Of a stretch of DNA of 64,000 nucleotides, positions 54,741 through 63,246 are shown one piece after another (positions within the stretch are counted from its first letter, which is position 1; each line of letters starts with the position of its first letter). The position numbers and the translations under genes are program-made. The stretch comes from an uncultured Bacteroidota bacterium. GTDB taxonomy: Bacteria; Bacteroidota; Ignavibacteria; UBA10030; UBA6906. The notes beneath the pieces are model-generated. The model had not been told where the DNA came from and made no database searches. It saw only the letters and a list, made by a program, of their open reading frames with translations. Where the stretch lies: the NCBI GenBank assembly GCA_963700635.1, contig CAVOYH010000003.1, positions 1,792,001 through 1,856,000 of the forward strand. The letters are read 5' to 3'.

Positions 54741-57077
54741 ATGCCCGCGCTTCGCGAGTCATTGAAACGTCTCACAATCCTTGAGTGCACCCCCGGAGGC
54801 CCGGAGGTGGAAGCCACCATCGCGGCTGAGTTTCAGGAACAGGTGAACCGTGCCGCGGCTGTCCGGCAGTCACCGGGGCTCTCGGCCTCCTCGCAGAGCA
54901 TGCGGATTGCCGTGGTCCCGGGCGCAGCGGATGCACGCAGTGTGCATCCGGCCCTCGCGGGTCGGGAACGCTGGATGATGGTGCGCTGGCGGGAGCAGGG
55001 CGGTCCTGAACTTCTGGCCTCTCATCCGCACCTCCTGTATCAGCTCTGGACGCTGGTCACCGCGGAGTGGGCGGGGACCGACATTGCGGCCTTCCGCGAG
55101 GGGAAAATTGTCGTCCCGACATTTCCCGATCTCCGGCCGGTGTACGACATTTTTCTCACCCAGGTTGCGCGTACCGCGCGCTGGTTTGACCGGGACGAAC
55201 ACTTCCGGACGATGGCCCGCCTGGGTTCGTCGTACGCGGAGGTCAACGGCCTCGCATTCTCCGTTCCGTTTGAAACTGGCCCCAAAGGCGAACTGCTGCA
55301 CCGGTTCTACACCTACTGTCCTGCGCTGGATCAGTTTGTGACAAGCAAGCTGAACAAGGGGTACTATGACAACGACTACCTGCAGGCGAATCTCAACAAT
55401 CTGAAAACCAACGCTGCTCTGGCCCGGAAATACGGTCTTGTCCCCGGGATCGTCTGTTTCGAACCACGGTCCGTTCCAGACGAACTCCTGCAACGCTATC
55501 CGGTTCTCAGGGGGGCGCGCGTCGACCATCCCATGCGGAGTTTCCGTCCCCGCTACAATCTGTCGGTGGCCCATCCGGTCGTCCTCGATCACTATGCCGA
55601 GATGATGGAGAATCTGATGCATGAGGTCCCGTCGCTTGCGTACATGTCGATCTGGTCAAACGACAGCGGGGCCGGATTCGAGTACACCAATTCGCTCTAC
55701 GTTGGCCGTAACGGTGGAGGATACCTGGTTCGGGAATGGCTTGCGGCGAAGGATATCGCCGCTGCAGCCGCGGTGAATCTTGTGCGGTACATGAAGACGC
55801 TCCGCGATGCGGGCCGCAAAGTGAACCCCGCCTTCCGGACGTTGATCCGGCTTGAACCGTTCTGGGAGGAGCACGATCATATCTGGGCCCAGCTGGAAGA
55901 CGGTCTGGACATCGAAGTTTCGTCGTTGCTGACCAAGGGATGGGATCTGGCCTACAAGCACCCGCGGTACAAGGAAGTCCCGCAAATCCACGGCACCGCG
56001 CTGTACGCGACATTCGTAGAGAAGGAACGGGCGATCCTTGACGATCTGGAGGCGAAAGGGTCCAGGGCGGATGTGTATTTCGTTCCCGGTATTCTCGGCA
56101 ATCATGAGCCACTGATCGGTATCCCGTTTCCCGGTCTCGTCCACCAGAAACTTGCGGAGATGGCGGACCGCGGGGTTACCACCGCCGCATACCAGGGCGG
56201 TGTGGCACAATCGTCGTTTGCACCGTACAATATCAATCAGGACGTCATTCGCGCATTCCAGTTCGACCGGACTCTCGACCTGCCGGCCTTTGTGCGGATG
56301 AAGGCCGCCGAATGGATCGGCGAGGATCTTGCGGATGATCTTGTGACACTCTGGAAATTGTCCGAAGAGACCTATACGGCATTCCCGATCCCTATCTGGA
56401 TCTACTCCGGCTGGGGAGTCTGGTACCGGCTCTTTGTGCGCCCGATCGTCCCGAATATCGAAGCGATTCCTGAACAGGATCGCACCTACTATGAGGACTT
56501 CCTCCTTGCCACGACCCACAACAGGACACGGGTGGATTTCCGTTACGATGTCGGGTTTGATCTGTGCGAACCCGAACGCGCCTGGCAGGCGATCGGGCAT
56601 ATGGATGAGGATCTTTTCCCCGCCATGAAGAGAGCGATCACTCTCGCGGAGTCGATTCAGCAACGCGCTTCAACGGATTCCGCAAAGGCCTGTGCGCAGG
56701 ACCAGCTCGACCGGATGCGGGCGCTGCTCTCCTGGTACAGAACCCAGTACGCGGTCACCGCCTGGGTCGCGGGAGTGCATACCTACATCGGGACAACAGA
56801 CCAGAAGAAACGCAAAGAGTGCCGCGATCTGCTCAAGAAAGTGGTTCTCGATGAAATCCAGAACGCGAAAGATCTCCTTCATCTGTGGGAGACCTCCAGG
56901 ACGAACTGGATGGTTGTGTCGGATGTCGGCGAGACAACGTTCATCTACTATCGCAACCTCGGCGAGCTGCTGAAGCGAAAGATAGCGCTCATGACCGGAC
57001 ATGAGAACGATGAGCCATACGTGGATCCGGACTTCCAGTGGCGCGTGCCGGGGTTCACGCAGGAGGTGAAAGCATAG
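54741..57077 (+). CDS. Uncharacterised 778-aa protein (family A), paralog of 12452..14659
   Basis: Collinear shared motifs from ASHPH through LRGARVDHP and WSNDSGAGFE to the C-terminal RKIALM...P..DP...WR. Confidence 0.8.
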   Translation: MPALRESLKRLTILECTPGGPEVEATIAAEFQEQVNRAAAVRQSPGLSASSQSMRIAVVPGAADARSVHPALAGRERWMMVRWREQGGPELLASHPHLLYQLWTLVTAEWAGTDIAAFREGKIVVPTFPDLRPVYDIFLTQVARTARWFDRDEHFRTMARLGSSYAEVNGLAFSVPFETGPKGELLHRFYTYCPALDQFVTSKLNKGYYDNDYLQANLNNLKTNAALARKYGLVPGIVCFEPRSVPDELLQRYPVLRGARVDHPMRSFRPRYNLSVAHPVVLDHYAEMMENLMHEVPSLAYMSIWSNDSGAGFEYTNSLYVGRNGGGYLVREWLAAKDIAAAAAVNLVRYMKTLRDAGRKVNPAFRTLIRLEPFWEEHDHIWAQLEDGLDIEVSSLLTKGWDLAYKHPRYKEVPQIHGTALYATFVEKERAILDDLEAKGSRADVYFVPGILGNHEPLIGIPFPGLVHQKLAEMADRGVTTAAYQGGVAQSSFAPYNINQDVIRAFQFDRTLDLPAFVRMKAAEWIGEDLADDLVTLWKLSEETYTAFPIPIWIYSGWGVWYRLFVRPIVPNIEAIPEQDRTYYEDFLLATTHNRTRVDFRYDVGFDLCEPERAWQAIGHMDEDLFPAMKRAITLAESIQQRASTDSAKACAQDQLDRMRALLSWYRTQYAVTAWVAGVHTYIGTTDQKKRKECRDLLKKVVLDEIQNAKDLLHLWETSRTNWMVVSDVGETTFIYYRNLGELLKRKIALMTGHENDEPYVDPDFQWRVPGFTQEVKA

Positions 57078-57091
57078 GGCCCGGAGAAACG

Positions 57092-58249
57092 CTGACAATT
57101 CTCATCGCGCCAGATTCCTTCAAAGGATCGCTGCGCGCCGAGGAAGCCGCCACCGCGATGGCGTCCGGTGTGAACGACGCATGCCCCGGAGCGCGGACGC
57201 TTCTGCATCCGGTGGCCGACGGGGGCGAAGGATTGGTCGACCTCCTGGTCCCCGCCCTGGATGGCGTCATGGCCGTCACCAGAGTTCACGGTCCTCTTCC
57301 GGGACAGCATGTCGATGCCCGTTGGGGATATGTCGGCAGCCGCCGTCTCGCGATCATTGAAATGGCGCAGGCCGCGGGATTGAACCTGGTTCCCGGTGCA
57401 GAGCGCGACCCACGGCTCACGACGACGCTCGGAGTCGGGGAACTCATGCTGGCTGCCCTTGATCGTGGCGCGCATGAAATCCTCATGGGGATCGGGGGAA
57501 GCGCAACAAACGATGGCGGCGCCGGCATGGCTACCGCGCTCGGCGTCCGCTTTCTCGACCGGGAAGGACGTCCGCTCGCCCCCGGTGGCGCAGCTCTCCG
57601 GAACCTGGTACGGATCGACCGCTCCTCCTGCGATCCCCGCCTGTCTGCGCTGGCGGTTACGGTTGCGTGTGACGTGCAGAATCCGTTGACAGGGCCGGAG
57701 GGCGCCTCAATCGTCTATGGTCCGCAGAAAGGTGCGACCACTGCGATTGCCCTGGAACTCGATCAGTCTCTCCGGCAGTATGCAGCCAGGATTCGTGACG
57801 GTCTCGGGATTGATGTCGAATTGATGCCCGGTTCCGGAGCGGCAGGCGGTCTGGGGGCGGGTCTGGCGGCGTTCTGCTCCGCCCGGCTTCGTTCGGGAAT
57901 CGATATTGTGCTCGATGCCACCGGCTTCGACGAAAAGCTCGGGCAGGCAGACCTTGTGCTGACCGGCGAGGGAATGATTGACGCTCAGACGACATTCGGC
58001 AAAGCCCTTGCCGGTGTTGTGAAAAGGGCGCAGAAAGCCCACCGACCCGTCGTCGCAATTGCCGGGAACATTCAGGGTGACCGGTCAACGCTTCTTCGGT
58101 CTGATGCGTTCCGGTTTGTTGCATCGCTGGTAGATGACGTCACGACAGTGGAGGTGGCAATGACGCGTGCGGGAGAGCTGTTGCGGGCAAAGACTGCCGA
58201 AGTCATGCGGACTGTTGTTCTCCGTGATGACGGTACACAAACGCGATGA
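57092..58249 (+). CDS. glxK: Glycerate kinase (GlxK/GarK family)
   Basis: ILIAPDSFKGSL, PVADGGEG, IEMAQAAGL, GIGGSATNDGG, CDV.NPL.G, YGPQKG, GAAGGLG, TGEG.ID.QT.FGK. The likely start is CTG 57092; the start is uncertain. Confidence 0.92.
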   Translation: MTILIAPDSFKGSLRAEEAATAMASGVNDACPGARTLLHPVADGGEGLVDLLVPALDGVMAVTRVHGPLPGQHVDARWGYVGSRRLAIIEMAQAAGLNLVPGAERDPRLTTTLGVGELMLAALDRGAHEILMGIGGSATNDGGAGMATALGVRFLDREGRPLAPGGAALRNLVRIDRSSCDPRLSALAVTVACDVQNPLTGPEGASIVYGPQKGATTAIALELDQSLRQYAARIRDGLGIDVELMPGSGAAGGLGAGLAAFCSARLRSGIDIVLDATGFDEKLGQADLVLTGEGMIDAQTTFGKALAGVVKRAQKAHRPVVAIAGNIQGDRSTLLRSDAFRFVASLVDDVTTVEVAMTRAGELLRAKTAEVMRTVVLRDDGTQTR

Positions 58250-60126
58250 TCGACCTGCACTCGACACGGCGGCAATGGCTCTTTGCCATGGCCCGGGAAG
58301 CGGGGGACCGCCACTTCGATCCTGCCACGGGACTCTGTCTCATCCCCCGGGACACGCTCTGGTATGCCACCGCTCTTCTCTTCGATCCTTCCGAGGAACG
58401 CAGGGCGATCGGTAAGGCTCTGTGCGAGACACTGCCGGCAGGTGACGGGACGCATACTCCTGCGTCAATGATCGCGCTCCTTAATACAGTGAGCGAACAT
58501 CTGTCGCCGGTGGGACTCGACCATCTTCACGAAGCAATCGCCGGCGATCTCGGTATGGCCGCCGGGGTGGTCTGGCGCGACGGGAACGTGAACCATCCGC
58601 TGGGTGCCTATGCAACGCTGGTTCTCGGCGGAGAATGTGCCGGCCAGTCCTGGGCGACAGACCTGGGAAAACGTCGTCTGCTGGAATTCCAACGCATAAC
58701 AGGCGACCGGCGGCACCGGGTTCACCGTCAGGCGGAAATGTCGGAGTACATGAGTCTGACCTATACCGCACTCGACCTGGTGTTCCTGTCTCTGATCGGC
58801 GAATTCGCGCATGATAGCGAAGCACGAGCACTCGGCCGGTGGCTGGAAGAGCGACTCTGGCTCGATGTGGCGTTGCACTTCCACGCGCCGAGCGAGCAGT
58901 TTGCGGGTCCGCATTCGCGATCGTATCAGGAGGATTCCACCGGCGGATTCTCCGCATTGCACGCAGTGGTTCACGCAGCATCAGAGCGTACGCTCTTCAT
59001 GAACCCCGCGCTTTCCGTCCGGTTCGATCATCCCTCGACCCTTCTCCAGTCGGCGCTTGCGGCCATAGCGCCCCTGCATTTTCCGCCTGCCGCACAGCGG
59101 CTGATGTGGGAAAAGCCGCTTCCGTTTCTGATGCGCAAGTCAACATACTGCGAGCAGTACCATGAGAATGCTGCAGATGCTCCCGGACCGTTTGACGATG
59201 AGGTCGTTCCAGGGGGATGGCGGGAATTGTCGACGTATATGACGGAGGAATTTGCGCTTGGCTCCGCATCCCTGCCGTATGTGAATGCGGGTCATGCCGA
59301 CAGCCTGGTCCTCCGCATTCGCCGTTCTCCAGAGATCGGTGCCATGAAAGACTTTCGCTCGCTCTACACCCGCGGCGTGTTCAACGGGTCGATGGTCGGA
59401 CGGGCAAACCGGTGTCATGTGACCGGCGGCCTGATTGACGCAAGCTATCTTTATGAAGAAAGCCGGTGCGCGGTCTACCAGCACCGCGATCGGGCGATCG
59501 TCTTTGCGACACCAAAACGGACCGGACACACGGACATCACGGAATTCCGGCTCGATGTTCTTGCGGGGTGGTATGAACCGTTCGATGCAATGGCGCTGGG
59601 AGGCCGGCCTGTCGATCGGCTTCCTGTGGAGGCAGGTCCTTCTGCACGGTTCTGTTTCCATGACTATCGCACCTATGGCGTGATTATCCCTCTGGAGTTG
59701 TCGCCTGCCTCCGATTCCGCTCCCATCCGGCTCCACACATTCGGTGAGCATCTGATGCTGTCTCTGGTCAATTATTCCGGACCTGTCACCAGCGTCAGCC
59801 GCGACGAGGTGAATGGCTGGCGGAACGGCTTCTTCATCCACCTGATGGCAGCCGAAGAGTTTGCGTCCTTTGAGGAGTTCGTCCGGTGGGCCGGGGAGGT
59901 GAACGTTTCGGAAACTCTGCTCCCGGGGTTCATACGCCAGGTCGTTGTGGAATCTCCGGACGGGCCGATGTGTGCCCGGTATGATCCCTTCCGTGAGCTT
60001 TTTCTGTCACGAACGTTTCGCGGTGAGGAGGACGTGACGGACCATTTATCCATCGAGGCGGGCGTCGCGGGTGAATCGCTCCTGTCTCCGCTTACGCTGT
60101 TTGGATCGGAGGCGAGGCCTGCATGA
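58246..60126 (+). CDS. Uncharacterised 626-aa protein, possible distant family B member without signal peptide
   Basis: NVNH, SEYMSLTY, FAGPHSRSY and STYMTEEFALGS parallel TENH, GEFDSPTY, YGGGHSRDY and YTFMTRRYVLGS of 37261..39052; ATGA overlaps at both ends. Confidence 0.7.
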   Translation: MIDLHSTRRQWLFAMAREAGDRHFDPATGLCLIPRDTLWYATALLFDPSEERRAIGKALCETLPAGDGTHTPASMIALLNTVSEHLSPVGLDHLHEAIAGDLGMAAGVVWRDGNVNHPLGAYATLVLGGECAGQSWATDLGKRRLLEFQRITGDRRHRVHRQAEMSEYMSLTYTALDLVFLSLIGEFAHDSEARALGRWLEERLWLDVALHFHAPSEQFAGPHSRSYQEDSTGGFSALHAVVHAASERTLFMNPALSVRFDHPSTLLQSALAAIAPLHFPPAAQRLMWEKPLPFLMRKSTYCEQYHENAADAPGPFDDEVVPGGWRELSTYMTEEFALGSASLPYVNAGHADSLVLRIRRSPEIGAMKDFRSLYTRGVFNGSMVGRANRCHVTGGLIDASYLYEESRCAVYQHRDRAIVFATPKRTGHTDITEFRLDVLAGWYEPFDAMALGGRPVDRLPVEAGPSARFCFHDYRTYGVIIPLELSPASDSAPIRLHTFGEHLMLSLVNYSGPVTSVSRDEVNGWRNGFFIHLMAAEEFASFEEFVRWAGEVNVSETLLPGFIRQVVVESPDGPMCARYDPFRELFLSRTFRGEEDVTDHLSIEAGVAGESLLSPLTLFGSEARPA

Positions 60127-61040
60127 AGTCGAACTCCGGTTCCTTCCGGAGCAATGCCTCCGGTTATCTGTTCATTGCGCCGTGGTTGCTGGGATTCTTT
60201 CTCCTGACGGCGGGACCGATGGTTGCGTCGCTGTATATCAGTACAACATCCTGGACCATGCTCTCGCCGCCGGTGTCGGTGGGACTTGCCAACTACGAAC
60301 GGATCCTCACGGATGATCCCCTCTTTCTGAAGAGCCTGGAGAACACTCTTTATTATGTAGTGTTCTCGGTGCCGCTGGGAATCGTCATTGCGCTCCTTCT
60401 TGCGCTTCTGCTCCATCAGCGGGCGCGCGGGATGGGTGCCTTCCGGACGTCGTTTTTTCTCCCCTCGATAACCAACATGGTCGCGGTCTCGATGCTCTGG
60501 CTCTGGGTTTTCAATCCTGAATTCGGGCTCTTGAACGGGCTTCTCAGGCTGTTTGGTGTCGAAGGGCCGTTCTGGCTCCAGAGCGAAGTCTGGGCAAAAC
60601 CGGCGCTCATCCTGATGTCGCTGTGGGGGGTGGGGGGAACGATGATCATTTTCCTTGCCGCCCTCCAGGGGATTCCCCAGGAGTTGTACGAGGCCGCCGA
60701 ACTGGATGGTGCCGGGCCATCGCGGCGCTTTTTCCATATCACGCTGCCCATGATCTCGCCGGCGATGCTCTTCAACATCATCATCGGCATTATCGGCAGC
60801 TTCCAGGTGTTCACCCAGGCCTATGTGATGACCGGGACTGCGCAGCCCGGGAGCGAGGGCGGCCCGAATAACGCCACGCTGTTTGTCGTGCTCTATCTCT
60901 ACAAGAAGGCGTTTCAGGAGTTCCGGATGGGGTATGCCTCGGCGCTTGCCTGGATTCTGTTCTGCATTATCCTGGCGGCCACCATTGTCCAGATGCGGCT
61001 CTCACGCCGGTGGGTTCACTATGAAGGAGGGGGACAGTGA
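60123..61040 (+). CDS. Carbohydrate ABC transporter permease 1
   Basis: YLFIAPW, VGLANY, FRTSFFLP, LAALQGIPQELYEAAELDGA (EAA loop), GYASALAW. Confidence 0.93.
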   Translation: MKSNSGSFRSNASGYLFIAPWLLGFFLLTAGPMVASLYISTTSWTMLSPPVSVGLANYERILTDDPLFLKSLENTLYYVVFSVPLGIVIALLLALLLHQRARGMGAFRTSFFLPSITNMVAVSMLWLWVFNPEFGLLNGLLRLFGVEGPFWLQSEVWAKPALILMSLWGVGGTMIIFLAALQGIPQELYEAAELDGAGPSRRFFHITLPMISPAMLFNIIIGIIGSFQVFTQAYVMTGTAQPGSEGGPNNATLFVVLYLYKKAFQEFRMGYASALAWILFCIILAATIVQMRLSRRWVHYEGGGQ

Positions 61041-61906
61041 GTCTTTCCCCGCCCGCCGGTCGATCGTTCGGAGTGACGCTCACGCGCACCGTACCGCTGT
61101 ATGCGGCTCTGGTCCTGCTGGGGTCACTGTTTGCACTCCCTCTGCTCTGGATGGTGTCGGTTTCGCTCCAGGATATCGGAGGAGTCTTTGCACGACCGTA
61201 TCAGTGGGTCCCGGAGGTGCTGCACTGGGAAAACTATCGGGATGCGGTGACGTTGTTTCCCTTCGGCCGCTATCTCTTCAATACGTCGGTGATCACCATT
61301 TCGGTTGTTGTTCTCACGCTGCTCTCGTCGTCGCTGGTCGCATTCGGCTTCTCCCGCCTGAACTTTCGCGGGCGCAACATGTTATTTGCGGTCTGCCTGT
61401 CGACCATGATGCTCCCCGGTCAGGTCACGATGATCCCCCTCTATGTTGCGTTTGCGAAGATGGGGTGGGTGGATTCGTACCTTCCGTTAATCGTCCCTTC
61501 GCTCTTTGGATCTCCGTTTTACATCTTTCTCCTTCGCCAGTTCTTCCTGACGATCCCACGCGAATACGACGAGGCCGCCGTGCTCGATGGAGCCGGCCGG
61601 CTACGCATCTACTGGAGCATCGTTCTGCCCCTTGCGCGGCCTGCGCTTGCGACCGTCGCGCTGTTCAGCTTTGTCGGGACCTGGAACGATTTTTTCGGGC
61701 CGCTGATTTATATCAACTCCCCGGAGAAAGCGACACTCACGCTGGGGTTGCAGATGCTGAAAGCGCAGATCATCGGAACGGGCACTGTGGAATGGCATCT
61801 TCTCATGGCTGCCGCACTTCTTGTCATGGTCCCGAACATTGTGGTTTTCTTTCTTGCGCAGAAGCACTTCATCAAAGGGCTCCAGATGGGAGGGTTGCGG
61901 GGATGA
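61037..61906 (+). CDS. Carbohydrate ABC transporter permease 2
   Basis: WENY, FNT, F.GRN, MMLPGQVTMIP, FLLRQFF.TIP.EYDEAAVLDGA, WNDFFGP, AQKHFIKG. Confidence 0.93.
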   Translation: MSLSPPAGRSFGVTLTRTVPLYAALVLLGSLFALPLLWMVSVSLQDIGGVFARPYQWVPEVLHWENYRDAVTLFPFGRYLFNTSVITISVVVLTLLSSSLVAFGFSRLNFRGRNMLFAVCLSTMMLPGQVTMIPLYVAFAKMGWVDSYLPLIVPSLFGSPFYIFLLRQFFLTIPREYDEAAVLDGAGRLRIYWSIVLPLARPALATVALFSFVGTWNDFFGPLIYINSPEKATLTLGLQMLKAQIIGTGTVEWHLLMAAALLVMVPNIVVFFLAQKHFIKGLQMGGLRG

Positions 61907-63246
61907 AATACGCTGGATCATGTCTCGTGGTGCTTATCCTTGCGATGCCGGGTTGCGGAGGGGGGACGCAGTCGCCCGGGATAGCCGTTGTGTACAACTG
62001 CCCCGCCAATGCCGCGGAAATAGCCGTGCTTCAACGTGAGATCCCCGTGTTCGCGGAAAGTTCAGGTGTCAGGATCACTCTGAATCCGTTCACGGGACAG
62101 GAAAAACTGTACGCCATGATGGCGGCGGGGAAGGCACCGGACATCTTCTACACCAATGCGACCATGCGCGATCAGCTTGCAGCCGAGGGACGTATTCTGG
62201 ACCTGCGGAGCGTAAGCACAGGGGATCCGTTCGTGGACCGTCTCTGGCCACATGTCATCAGGAACGGCACGGCCGTAGATGGAGGGTGGTACAGCGTCGG
62301 GAACTGGGAGTTCACCTGCGGGGTCTACTACCGGAAGGATCTTTTTGATGCCGCCGGACTTTCCTATCCTGAGAGCTCCTGGGTGTGGGAGGATTTTGTT
62401 GCCACAGCGCGAGCCCTGACTGTCCGTCCCGCCGACGGCGGTACTCCCACCCGGTACGGGGTCTTTATCGGGAGTCATTTTGTCGAGATGCTTGAGCTCA
62501 TGAACGGGGGCGTGTTCCCCCGGGATGAGCTCTTCGTGTCCATCCCCGAAACATCGCTCGAGGTGTATCGACGGTATCGTGCGCTGATGGATGAAGGACT
62601 CATGCCGGACCTCCGGCGCATGCAGGCGCTTGGCATGCAGGCACCACAGTTGCTCCAGAGTGGTCGCGTCGCGATGCTTGTCGAAGCCGTTCCCCATCAG
62701 ACCCTGATTGAAGGACTCACCTCTCCCTGGGGGGTGGCGCCCCTTCCCGGGTTTCGGGGAAAACAACGATCGTACTTCCGGTCATCGAGTGGTGGCCTTT
62801 CTCTTTCTTCATCCACCCATGATCCTGTGGCCGCCTGGAAAGCGCTCGTCTGGATTATCGCGGGGGCGAGCATCTACCAGCCCAACCCGGTTCTGCGCGA
62901 TGTCGATTTCGTCGGGGGATGGGAGAGGAGGTTCCCGCATCTCAGGGAGAGCGGGTTCAGGGAGGTATGGGATCTGAGCCTTCAGCACAACGGCGGCGAC
63001 CCGAGGTATTTTGTCCGGTACTCCAGCGTGGTGTCCGGTCCGATTATGGAACAACTGCAGCCGCTGCTCGACAGGCTCTGGGCCAGGGAGCTCTCCGTTT
63101 CAGACCTTGCGGCAGCCGTTCCGGGGATCAACGAACGGATCCGTGCGGAACTGAGCCGTGCGGTGAAGAATCGTTCATTGCCGGCCCCCGTGCTCGAAAA
63201 GGTCCGCACAGCCCTGGATGAAAGTCATGACGCAACTGCGCGTTGA
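61903..63246 (+). CDS. Carbohydrate ABC transporter substrate-binding lipoprotein
   Basis: Start ATG 61903 (ATGA overlap); MKYAGSCLVVLILAMPG-C lipobox-like signal; AAGKAPDIFY, YYRKDLFDAAGL..P...W.WEDF, SGRVAM, WGVAPLP. Confidence 0.88.
   Translation: MKYAGSCLVVLILAMPGCGGGTQSPGIAVVYNCPANAAEIAVLQREIPVFAESSGVRITLNPFTGQEKLYAMMAAGKAPDIFYTNATMRDQLAAEGRILDLRSVSTGDPFVDRLWPHVIRNGTAVDGGWYSVGNWEFTCGVYYRKDLFDAAGLSYPESSWVWEDFVATARALTVRPADGGTPTRYGVFIGSHFVEMLELMNGGVFPRDELFVSIPETSLEVYRRYRALMDEGLMPDLRRMQALGMQAPQLLQSGRVAMLVEAVPHQTLIEGLTSPWGVAPLPGFRGKQRSYFRSSSGGLSLSSSTHDPVAAWKALVWIIAGASIYQPNPVLRDVDFVGGWERRFPHLRESGFREVWDLSLQHNGGDPRYFVRYSSVVSGPIMEQLQPLLDRLWARELSVSDLAAAVPGINERIRAELSRAVKNRSLPAPVLEKVRTALDESHDATAR

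Noticed and set aside
60883-61902. 787-aa ORF suggesting a large fusion to the binding protein
   Set aside because: The first 340 codons overlap the permease genes in another frame. The signal peptide starts at ATG 61903.
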